In this document: positions 51,202 to 61,371 of the stretch, piece after piece
Position numbering within the stretch: position 1 is the stretch's first letter
Layout: the number at the start of each line of letters is the position of its first letter
Source of the DNA: Tubiluchus corallicola
Lineage: Eukaryota; Animalia; Priapulida
Length of the DNA stretch: 64,000 bases
Assembly: GCA_030141605.1 (NCBI GenBank)
Contig: JAQGDQ010000029.1
Span: forward strand, 992,001 to 1,056,000
Direction: 5' to 3'
The notes under the pieces: generated by a model
What the model was told of the DNA's origin: nothing
Seen by the model: the letters and a program-made list of their open reading frames with translations, nothing else
The model's database searches: none
Position numbers and translations under genes: made by a program

Positions 51202-52554
51202 TTAATAAGTAGGGACGAATTGACCTTCAAGGATAAGTTGACGCCAAATTTTACCTTCTGGATACTGATAATTTTCAAAAACTTCGGGTTTTAACTCAGT
51301 GGAGTAACCTGGCTTTGTGGGTAACACGTAGGTAGCATTGAATATCCTAACAGGATTGACAAAGTGTTCATGAAATTCTTCAATGTACTCAATAAGATGG
51401 TTCTCCATAGAACCATTAACATAGATATGGTTAAAGAATGCCATATGTTGTGCCATTTCGCCTAGCCCTACTCCTCCAGTGTGAGGACAGACTGGAATAT
51501 TAAATTTCTTTGCCATCAGCAAAACAGCAATAATTTCATTAGGCCCACCAAGACGTGCTGGGTCAATCTGGCAAAACTGCATTGCATTGGTCTGCAAAAA
51601 TTGCTTGAACATAATCCGATTATGGCAGTGTTCTCCAGTAGCAACTCCAATTCCATGTGGACTCAGAGCTTCAGCAATGGCTGCATGACCTAGAATATCA
51701 TCAGGGGATGTAGGTTCCTCAATCCACAAAGGTAGGAATTCTACCAGTGATTGCATGTGTTGTTTTGCCTCTTCAACATCCCACTTCTGATTTGCATCGA
51801 CCATTAATGTATTTTCTTCCCCTATCACCTTTCGCATGATCCCTACTCTGCGATGGTCATCTTTTATGTTGCGGCCTACTTTTATCTTAAACTTCGTCCA
51901 TCCAGCTGTCAATGCTTCTCGAGTCAACTGTTCTATCTTTTCTTCACTATGGCAACGCCACCCAACTGATGTAGTATAAGCCGTGTATCCATTTTTGGAC
52001 AAGTATTTAATCCTACACACTTTTGATGTCTCATTTTGCTTTAATATGTGAAGAGCTTCTTCAGGACAGAGAACGTCAGATATGTATCGAAAGTCAATTA
52101 AAGATACAATTTGTTCTGGACTCATATCAGCCAGCAGCTTCCACACTGGCTTATTCTCCATTTTGCCCCATAAATCCCACAAAGCATTCACAATGGCGGC
52201 TGTGGCTAGATGTATAACCCCTTTTTCAGGGCCAGTCCATCTCATTTGGCTGTCACTAGTAAGCTTCCTCCAAAAAGAAGCAAAGTTGGAGTAAATGTTA
52301 TTAACATCCTCTCCACGGAAAAGATACATCATTGACTCTATGGCTCTCACCACAATGAGTGTGCCGTCGCCAAGGGTAAATGTAAGACCACACCCTGTTT
52401 CCCCACTACTTGTAGTTAATAAAAGGTACGCGCATGACATCACATCAGTGTGAATAGCATCTGACATGCCATCCAGCCAAGTGGGAAATCTAATGTCAAA
52501 AACTGAAGCATCCTTTATAATACTAGACTTTGATACTTTATGTGATGAAGACAT
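51202..52554 (-). CDS. ENOSF1: Mitochondrial enolase superfamily member 1 / L-fuconate dehydratase-like (rTS), intronless CDS, 450 aa
   Basis: Uninterrupted ORF from ATG 52554 (the track extends upstream to a TTG at 52608). Motifs: DIRFPT, LTSDSQMRWTGPEKGVIHLATAA, IDFRYISD, KFKIKVG (KxK), MVDANQ, WIEEPTSPDDILGHA, ATGEHCHNR, VCPHTGGVGL. A probable 5'UTR intron runs from the GTGAGT donor at 52871 to the cagcag acceptor near 52565. Confidence 0.93.
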   Translation of the reverse strand: MSSSHKVSKSSIIKDASVFDIRFPTWLDGMSDAIHTDVMSCAYLLLTTSSGETGCGLTFTLGDGTLIVVRAIESMMYLFRGEDVNNIYSNFASFWRKLTSDSQMRWTGPEKGVIHLATAAIVNALWDLWGKMENKPVWKLLADMSPEQIVSLIDFRYISDVLCPEEALHILKQNETSKVCRIKYLSKNGYTAYTTSVGWRCHSEEKIEQLTREALTAGWTKFKIKVGRNIKDDHRRVGIMRKVIGEENTLMVDANQKWDVEEAKQHMQSLVEFLPLWIEEPTSPDDILGHAAIAEALSPHGIGVATGEHCHNRIMFKQFLQTNAMQFCQIDPARLGGPNEIIAVLLMAKKFNIPVCPHTGGVGLGEMAQHMAFFNHIYVNGSMENHLIEYIEEFHEHFVNPVRIFNATYVLPTKPGYSTELKPEVFENYQYPEGKIWRQLILEGQFVPTY

Positions 52555-53280
52555 GATAATCAGGCTGCTGTAAATTATCTTAGACTTGTTGAGTAGACTA
52601 CGTATCAAAGTGCGTGATCGTTGTCGAAAACTGTTATATTTATAACCTTTCAGTAGAGAAATGATAATCCTGATTGCTACTGTAATTGATTGAAAACTCC
52701 GAGTCCAGGATCAAGTCAGCTTGAAGTCAAAAAACTGTAAAATACAGAAAAATCACACTAAGTAAAATGCACGTCTTTTCTTTTAGGGGAGTATTAACTA
52801 ATGAAACAGCTTGTTTGTGCATGTAAACTCTAATTGCACGAAAGAAAACACATAAAATCACCGTAACTCACCAAAAAATATTTGTTTTTGTAATAAAATC
52901 ACCTTATACGAGAAATTATAATGTAGTTATTGTCATCATTCATAGTGATGAGTATATTAAATTTTTTAGTTCTTGACGCTAGATTGGTCATTTTGATGTT
53001 GTTAGTGTACGGGACTAAACCTACTTACTTGAGGCTATTTGACACTCATTAAACGCAAAATTTCTGGATACTGAATATCCACATTACATTTACCCTAAAC
53101 ACAACACTTCACAATTTAAGAAGTATTTCACAACATTATGTGCTTCAGGTTCAAATACCCCTGAAGTTGGGCGTAAATTCGAGGCGCCATCAATAGAAAA
53201 GCAATTAGAGCCAAAATACGCATCTGATTGGCTACTACTAACTCATACACCCTTTGTTTAGAAGAACGTTACTATAAAGT

Positions 53281-53341
53281 CACAGTTTAAACAATAGTAT
53301 TACATAGTATATGTAAACATAATACTATTGTTTAAACTGTG
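53281..53341. mobile_element. 61-bp foldback / MITE-like hairpin (P/Galileo-like)
   Basis: Perfect 22-bp inverted repeat CACAGTTTAAACAATAGTATTA (53281-53302 / 53320-53341) with a 17-nt loop; flanking 7-mers ATAAAGT / GTAAAGT look like a TSD with one mismatch. Confidence 0.65.
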
Positions 53342-53527
53342 GTAAAGTTAAAACATAGTATGACGCATGTTAAGTTCAGTAAAACGTGAAAAAGGTGTAA
53401 AATTAAAGTTTTGACAAAATTACCTCTTACTGTTACTGTTAGATCAATTACTTACTGCCTATAGCATTACTGTACAATATTTACTGTTACATCATAATGT
53501 TCACAATAAATTCATTAGTGCTTATAA

Positions 53528-53732
53528 TTAATGTTCATAATCTCGCAGCCATCTTATTTGGTCTCTTCTGTTTCGCATGGGTCTATTGCTAGCAGGTTGT
53601 GTTGCATGGTTCTTGAAGCAGTTCAAATTCAAAATCTACGTTGAGGTCAGGCAGTTCTTCACAGTGGCACTTTAAAAGTTTGTGCACTTTTACCAGATTT
53701 GAAATGTTGAAGATCTTACCATTGTCGAATGA
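53528..53732 (-). mobile_element. Possible Ty3/Gypsy pol C-terminal remnant
   Basis: Translates with one frameshift as SFDNGKIFNISNLVKV...ATQPASNRPMRNRRDQIRWLRDYEH*. This resembles the recalled DG.xN.S.L and R.R.R...WL.DY tail of invertebrate Gypsy integrases. Confidence 0.4.
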
Positions 53733-55788
53733 CTCAGTTACGATGCACTTTAACGCTGCGGGATTCAGTCTCTTTTGGGTACGTGCACTGATTTCTTAAT
53801 TCACATTTCTCATTACGTCTCCCGCGGCAAGAATGTAAGGCATGGCTCAACGATACAACTAATCTAAAAACCTGTTTACACGTTGTGTCAAAAACGCACC
53901 GTGTAAGCTGTACATGCGATGCGATTCTATGACCCATGCGTTAATTAGGCGCATGCACAATACGCATGTTCTTATTTCTTGAGACATTTCTTTCTAAGCA
54001 GGACGCAAAAATCATGCCAATGAGGCAAGTGAGATTAGGTCGCGTGTTCACTTCACAGAACGAAAAGAACAGTGTTAATGGACATCCAATAGGGCTTGCG
54101 GCAAAGCAATTGGACAACAATGACATTGATTAATCAGCATCGGATTGTGGGATTTAGCTTTAATTATATTAATTGTTTAAGTTTTGTTTTGCAAATCATT
54201 TAACAGGATTGAATAGCACCATTCTGATTTAAACTCCGCATTTAAAGCCTGATTTAAATTAATGAGAGTTTTTTAATTGATGCCAATTAGAGTGACGCCA
54301 ATTTACAATCAGGAAAATGGTCATTTAGAAATTGGTGAAGGAAATTGATTTCTGTTTTATGAAAGAATATGTAACTTTGTCAAGACAGTTTTTATTTCTT
54401 TGGCGTTCTTATTAGCGAAATTTAAAGCGTTTTTTATTAGCAACATTACTTTGCCGGTCTATCTACAAAGATACAACACATTGTAAGGCACACAGTGGAC
54501 AGATGGAAAAGAATTAAAAGATAATAAAAATGTTGTTACAAATGTCAAGAGTACTAGCAAAAAAGAGTAACTGAAGAGTAACCCAAGTTTATTTTACTAA
54601 AAATTTCTACTTTTGTTTTTTTAAATCCTGACTTTTTCCAATCCTATAATTCAAATCAAGATAGGGCGATCACATCTGTTGCCAAAGAATCGAAGGATCA
54701 AAGGCAAATGTTCGGCAGTAGAAAGTGAATCTCTCTTTAATTAAATGCCTTTTGGGGGCATATATAAGGCGCCCTAATGTTCAGGCCAGACGTCGGCAGC
54801 AATCTGGTTCTTTGAAGTACGCAGTATCTTTGAGCTACTAAATGAGCATGTCAACCCTTTGCCTCTCTTTGTATGATTAAACGTTCTGGGCTCGGACTAT
54901 AATTTGTCTTTTGGGTTGTTATTCATGTAGAATTTACTAAACACATTTTTACCTAAATGTGCTAAATTTGTCTAAATGTGTCAAATTTGACTATGTCAGA
55001 TAGGTCTTTGCTGTTGTCGGGTTACAATATTATTATCATTAACATTACCATTATCATTATCATTACAATTCATAATCATTGACAATTCTCAGTAGATTTA
55101 GTATTCGACTTCGTGAAATTCGTCTGTAGCTACATCTTTTAGTTTTCGTACAGTTAATTATTTATTTCTTCTCAGCAGGCATTTCGATTTATAACTCTTT
55201 AGGCTTGTAAGCTAGGGTCACGAAACTCACATGGTGGGTAACCCGGGGGAGGGGGGAAAGACAGCAGTGTGTTGACTTCTGGTCAAGGGATGAAGGGCAG
55301 TGGGCATTGGTCAATTTTTTTGTTAGGTCGTAACTCCTGTTAGGGCTTTCGGTCTTTTTCAATTTGGAAACCTGGATGGAAACCTGGGGTTCTAAAAGCT
55401 TGTCAACCTTTGAACTTCCGAGAAGGGGGGGGGGGCAAAATGCAAAATAAGGTTACCTCATTTGGTGACCTTTTAGATGCTCAGGGCTAGGGACACAAAA
55501 CTCAAACAGTACACTCTCAGGGTGAAGGGAACCATGTTTATATGTGATCGAAAATGCTGAGTCAGCGTCTTGGAGTGGGTGGCTTTTCATTTATTTTCTG
55601 TTATGTTCCATGTGGTCCTATAGTTTTCGAGCTAGGGCCTCAACTTTTTGTATGTGATCAGGTGGGCAAAGTTCTTTGGTATGGCTGAATATGAATCCTT
55701 TGGATAGTGGAAAAATGTGGATAGTGCTAAGGAGCAAAAACTGACAAATGAGGATCTGGAACAGAATAGAGTTCCGAGCAATAGTACT

Positions 55789-56150
55789 TTGTAGCATATC
55801 AAATGAAAGGTCTCGATGAGGCGAATTGTATGATATAGACTATCAGGAGATTGGTTAATCTGCGGCCCCACTAGGGGGCAATATGGAGCGGAGATGACAA
55901 ATGCCTTCCAGTGCCAACCGCAAGTAGCTTGTAGTATACCAAATAAAAGGTCCCAATGAGACAAATTGAATGGTATAAGTTGAAAGCCAAGATCAGTTAA
56001 TCCTATGCCCCCTAGGGGGCAAAATAGGCTTCGGTTAGACAAATGCCTTCCAGTGTCGACCGGACCTCTTTTGTAACACATCATATGAAAAGTCTGAATG
56101 AGACAAATTAATATGGTATAAGTTACACCGAGACTGGTTGATTATTGACC
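55789..56150. repeat. ~141-bp degenerate tandem repeat (about 2.5 copies), probably internal to a non-autonomous element
   Basis: Units start at 55789, 55929 and 56071. Shared blocks: ATCAAATGAAAGGTC...ATGAG.C.AATT...TGGTATAAGT, CC(A/C)CTAGGGGGCAA and GACAAATGCCTTCCAGTG. Confidence 0.8.
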
Positions 56151-58107
56151 CACAGGTCACGGGTTGAGAGTTACAAGTTGAGATTTCATTGTTAAGTGCA
56201 ATTCCCATGTAGTCAATCAATGTGATTTCAACAGACGTTGACGACTCTTTAGCGACATCTCCCAAAAACATATCTGAAGTATAAATCGACCCCAAAAATT
56301 TCACCTTAAAATCGCCTCCCAAAAATTCGACTTGTACATAAGTATATACGGTATTTAAAAACTTATATATCAAATTTTATACACACATATATATATATAT
56401 ATAATTACATACAAAATTACATAATTACATACAAATAAAACAAACAATTTTATTCACGTATAAAGTGAATATTATATACATTCATATAGATGTGCAGTCT
56501 AAGCATAAAAGTAAGTGTACGATATGGTAAGAATATTTTATTATTAACATTGTTAGGTTAATAACGAAAAATCAATCATCATAGTTAAGTTAATAATCAA
56601 AAAGTGTAAAGGACATTTGCCTAGAGTTTGAAAAAATAACTAAATTATTCGTAGTACACTGTTTGCTAGGTAAGCAAAAGCATTAATTAATTTATATTGT
56701 CAATAAATCTTGTTTTATTGGTGAGCCAGTGGTGTACACTCGGATGATGATACAATGACGTTTTATGAGGGGGGTACCAACTTGTTAAATTATTAAATAT
56801 TTTCTCTGCCAATTACATAAGTCTTTCAAACAGATAAGCATAATGTTAAGTAATGTAACTTTGTACAGAAAGTTTTTTGGGCATACTTTAAAGTTTCACT
56901 TTCTTCCCCTTTACACAGGTTTAAAATGAATATTATCAGGCCGTGGCACACTTTGAGGAAGATTCACACGAAACACATTCTTTTGCTCCAACACCATTAC
57001 TCCAATATCGAATCATTTATTTTGAAGTATGTAGGTGGAGCTAATCTTTGTGAAGAGTTTCCAGAATCTCCCAGCCTAGAAAATCACAAACTTTGTATTA
57101 GATCTCAGTCGCCTAAGTAAAGCTCACTAATCACTCATAAAACCGAAATAGAAAATTGATTGACCCATCATCTGAATTTTAAGTGGTGGGTCAGTCAATG
57201 ATGGCGACGACTGCATTAACTTTGACACTGACAATAATGACGACAATAAAAAGTAATATTAGTTCATTATATTAGCTTGGAATGGTTCGTTACAGTGAAA
57301 AAACATGGAATGTCTTATCAGAAACAATTTTTAGACATCTCTGTGCACTATAAGCTTAGAATATAACACACTTATAATTGTAAATCGCAGCATGTCAGCT
57401 GTAACAGCAGGTGCCTGATCACTGATCAATGCCTGGTAAGTCTGCAGATAGCAAAGCTACTTTAACTGTCTCCTTATTGCTTCAGAGCCTTAACCTCTGG
57501 TCCCAGTGCTAACTTATAGTTACAGCGACATGTACGACTTCTGCAGGAAGCCAAGATTGATATTAGGTACAGGAAATCAGTGCAGAAGAATAACGTGGAG
57601 ACAACTTAACTATACAACTTGAAAGCTATCAACGAAAAAACGTTAAACACAAAATTAATATATTATTAGTTACCTTTGAGGCGAGGAACATAGCGAGTGG
57701 TCAAGGTGTTGTGCTTGTGATCAAAGTTAAGAATGGTAAGGAACTGGACAGTGTATGGATGAATGAACTGCACTATGCATTGTTTTGCCAAAAAAAAAGA
57801 GCAGCTCCATACTAGCTTTTGGTGTCTCATTCATTGTGGTAAATATCGTTTACCTGCCAGTAACTAACTAGATGCATTTATATCTGAATATGGCTGAGAC
57901 ACCTCTGTCGGTTCAATGGCTCATGTAGATGATACCTTAATAGTAAGCTAGGTTGCAGTCTCGCTGCAAACATCTACATTAAGTAAATCCTGCCAATAAC
58001 TGCTGAATTCAAGCTTGCAGAAAGACGAATTGTATCAAATAAAAAAAAAAGGGAAATCTAAATTATAAAAAACATTTTTATTTTTATTATTATGATATCA
58101 AACCTAC

Positions 58108-58318
58108 CCTTCTTCGGATTATTGTGATATTTTCTGGTCCAAGCATCAACAAGTAAATTACTATAACGTTTTTTCTTAAAATATTTCAAATATTTATGAG
58201 TTGTTGGGCTGGGAAAAATGCGCTGGAAACCTCCACGTCTCTGATACTCGTCTTCAACTTCTATCAGCTCGCTTACATCAGCTGGTGTGAGCACTTCTAG
58301 AATGCGTTTTGTTATTTC
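58108..58318 (-). CDS. TTLL4: TTLL4-like exon, intact (EITKRILEVLTPADVSELIEVEDEYQRRGGFQRIFPS...)
   Basis: ctgtctag acceptor, gtaggt donor; TTLL4/5-type LTP.DV...EDE..RRG.F.RIFP motif. Confidence 0.75.
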
Positions 58319-58468
58319 CTAGACAGAAACCAAAAAAGTCTATGATACAAATGTACATTATCAACCTATTTTCCACTGGGTTACAAATGGTCATTTGACC
58401 ACTTCCCAAACGAATGGTTAAATGGTTTTATTAAGAAGGTGCTGCTTGGTTTACTCCCAATAATATAC

Positions 58469-58592
58469 CTCCGCTGACGCTCCTGATGTAGTAAAGTAAA
58501 TGCGCTTTGCTTTTTCATCATTAGTAAGAGCAGAATCTCGCAGGGAAGTTGGTTTCACTCTTTCTTCTTCATTTTCCTGTTGGATGAAGTCC
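58469..58592 (-). CDS. TTLL4: TTLL4-like exon, intact (DFIQQENEEERVKPTSLRDSALTNDEKAKRIYF...)
   Basis: ttttcag acceptor, gtatat donor; phase fits both flanking exons. Confidence 0.65.
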
Positions 58593-59586
58593 CTGAAAAA
58601 CACAATGAATACTACAACAATTTATGAAACCTGACACGGCTTGTGTTGTAACGTACACTCTCCCATCAATTTCTGCTTGGTCAGTTTTTAAAACATTACA
58701 AAGTCACCTATGACTATGTACTATTATTCATTTAGGCCTAGTCTACACAGTCCGTTTTGGTTATTTCATCAAGCCCAGATCTAGCCTGACTCTGAGCCTA
58801 CTTGGCTTATACATGGATACATTTGCTAATTTTTACACAACTGCGCAATTTATCAGCACAAAAAAGACCATAGAATTGTAGGCTAAAATCCCCGTAAGAC
58901 TTAGATATTTTGTCACTAAGCTTCCATCAGAATGGGGAACCATCTTCACGTCGAAACAATGACAGATAGTTTAAATTACTGGTGCCAAAACTCCTAATTG
59001 TTTTACAACCCATTAAATGTGAAAGGCTCCTGCATAACTGACTACACAAGCCTGTCAAACTTTTCCTATAAAAGTCCTAAACATGGATGTGAATTAGATG
59101 GACAGCTACAGTTGGCTCAAGATAATTTTTTGGGTTATGACATTGAAAGCTCTGGCCAGATTAACAGCCTCTAAGTGCTACTTTTGCAGTTCTCCAGGAA
59201 TGTTAATAAGCACAAAAATATATTTTTTAAAACTGCTTTAGGATTTTTTTCAAAAATGATTTTAAGACTTGAGTAATGCAGGGTGTTCCAAAAAGTGTAG
59301 TAGAAATATACGACAAATACCATGAAATAGACCCTATCATTTCAATTTTTCTGCCACGTAAATAGCTATTATGATCACCAACGTTATGACTTTTTAATTT
59401 TTTGTAAAATAAATGATTTCCTGTATTATCAATTGATGAACTTTTGCTTAAAAATAATGAAAATGAGCTTAATTCCATTCAGTATTTAAAAAAGTCAACC
59501 CATCACAAAATTTCTAAAATTCTATACACGTTTATATGGGAGTATTGGTACTATGAGTATCTAGAGACTGTGAAGATTCTGAAAAT

Positions 59587-59689
59587 TTCTAGAACATTCT
59601 AGTGTCTTTAGAATTTTCTGGAACTTTTTGAAACAGTATAGAACTTTCTAGAACTTAGTAGAATTAGAAATCTGTAGAACTTTCTGGAA
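59587..59689. promoter_or_regulatory. Array of heat-shock elements (alternating nGAAn pentamers)
   Basis: Four perfect three-unit HSEs: TTCtaGAAcaTTC 59587-59599, GAAttTTCtgGAA 59611-59623, GAActTTCtaGAA 59641-59653 and GAActTTCtgGAA 59677-59689. Function is inferred. Confidence 0.6.
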
Positions 59690-59759
59690 CAATCATTGTT
59701 TTACAGTATGTAAGCTTGATGATTGACCAATGCTAGTCATCTTTTGTAGTCATAAGAAA

Positions 59760-61371
59760 GTGCAACTACTACTGATAAAAACAAGACGATCTGGACAAAG
59801 AATCTATGCGATTTCAAGATTCACATAAGAAATGAAGAGCAATTCCACTAGAAGAACACACTCTGGAAAACAACAGCAGGATCCATCAAAGGAAGAAAAG
59901 AACGTGTAAAGGAAATAGCAAAAGAAGTACCTAACAAGTTTATGGCAAAATAAATTGAACTTTCCAAATTTATCAATTCAGGTTATAGAAGCAAAACCAG
60001 ATAATGTACTGAAGACCTACTATGAATTTGTAAAACGAGGAAAGTATGATCTGTTAAACGAAGTTTTTGACATCAGAAAAGAGAATGGTGAACAGAAAGT
60101 TATATCATCTTAAGACTGAAAGCAAAGGACAGATTGGGTGTACAACTGGAACGGCTGCAAGTTCCAAGACTATCCATCCATCCATCCAAAAGAAGAAAAA
60201 TTGCCTTTTGAGACAATTTCAACAACAGCAACAGCTACACCAATAGCAACAGAATCAACTTCTGAATCAGAGACAGAGAGTGAATATGAAGAATCTGATA
60301 ATCCAGTAGAAGCAGCAAATATTTGTCAACAGTTATCTCAAGATGGAATTAACATTGAAACACCTTCACAATCTGGCAGTTACAAATCCACTATTAAAGA
60401 AGCTGCTAAACCTAAAGAGGATATGAAGAAAATACTGCACTTAGAAAACTGGTCATTGCATTTTGTTGGTAAGTATATAGACAACTAAGAATATCAAGTG
60501 CTAGTTTTGAAGAATGAACAAAGAGAAGTTAAGTTAGAAGCACTAAGTCTACCAAATGGAAAAGCAGATACTGTTGTCAAAGTTATAACAGCTGTCCTTG
60601 ATAAATACAATTTGTGGAAAAATATAAAGATGACTGTTGCAGACACTACAAGTGTAAACACTGGAAGAAGGAATGGGATTGTCATTCAGTTACAAAGGCT
60701 GTTTGCTCAAAAGGAATTGGAAGAACCACAATTCGTCAACATCATGTTTTTGACCGAGTGCTTCATGTAGTAATGGATGACAAGCTTGGAGGAAACAAAA
60801 CATCGCCCAACATTGAATACCCATTTATCCAGGAACTTATAAAAACTATGAAAAGCTCAGGATGAATTTTAAGAATGGCAAAGATGAAATAACTGAAACA
60901 GCTGGATGGCGTGATGATATGAAGTTTCTATTTCATTTAACTCGAATTTTTCGGTTTTTAGAAGAAACTGTAAGATTTCCTAAAGTAAAGTTTCAAAAAA
61001 CTTGAATTTAAGTAATGCCAGGCGGAATTCTCGAGCAATATTAGCTCTTTTGGCATTTATTCTTCTACCAGAAAGAAGAGACTCACTACTTGAAGTTTGT
61101 AGATTCATCTCTTACAGTCAGGCAGATCATTGGTTTTCTGACCAAATCTAGAACGCAAATGATTATCAACAGCTATGTAGCCGCTTGCAGGTTTGTGAAA
61201 AAGCATTAAACTCTGTAAAGAAGTTTTGGAATCAAAAGCCATCAAGACGGCAAATTCCAAGAACAAATCAATGTGCAGAATGGTCAATAAAATTCCTTCA
61301 AGATCTTTATGACATCTGTAAAAAACCAAGAGAAACTTCAGCTCAGATTTATTCTACCTAACAAAATATAA
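59760..61371 (+). pseudogene. hAT-like transposase pseudogene
   Basis: Consecutive ORF fragments (60138-60488, 60498-60770, 60614-60865 and downstream pieces) in shifting frames with stops; the second catalytic D region DTTSVNTG and the C-terminal E region NQCAE are retained. Confidence 0.8.

Noticed and set aside
51481-52294. Plus-strand ORFs inside ENOSF1
   Set aside because: Antisense shadows of the ENOSF1 CDS.
55789-56150. CRISPR-like repeat-spacer appearance
   Set aside because: Whole units are homologous (no unique spacers), the context is eukaryotic and there are no cas genes.
55632-56373. 150-aa and 112-aa minus-strand ORFs with repeated GRHWKAFV
   Set aside because: Translation of the non-coding 141-bp tandem repeat; no protein-family motifs.
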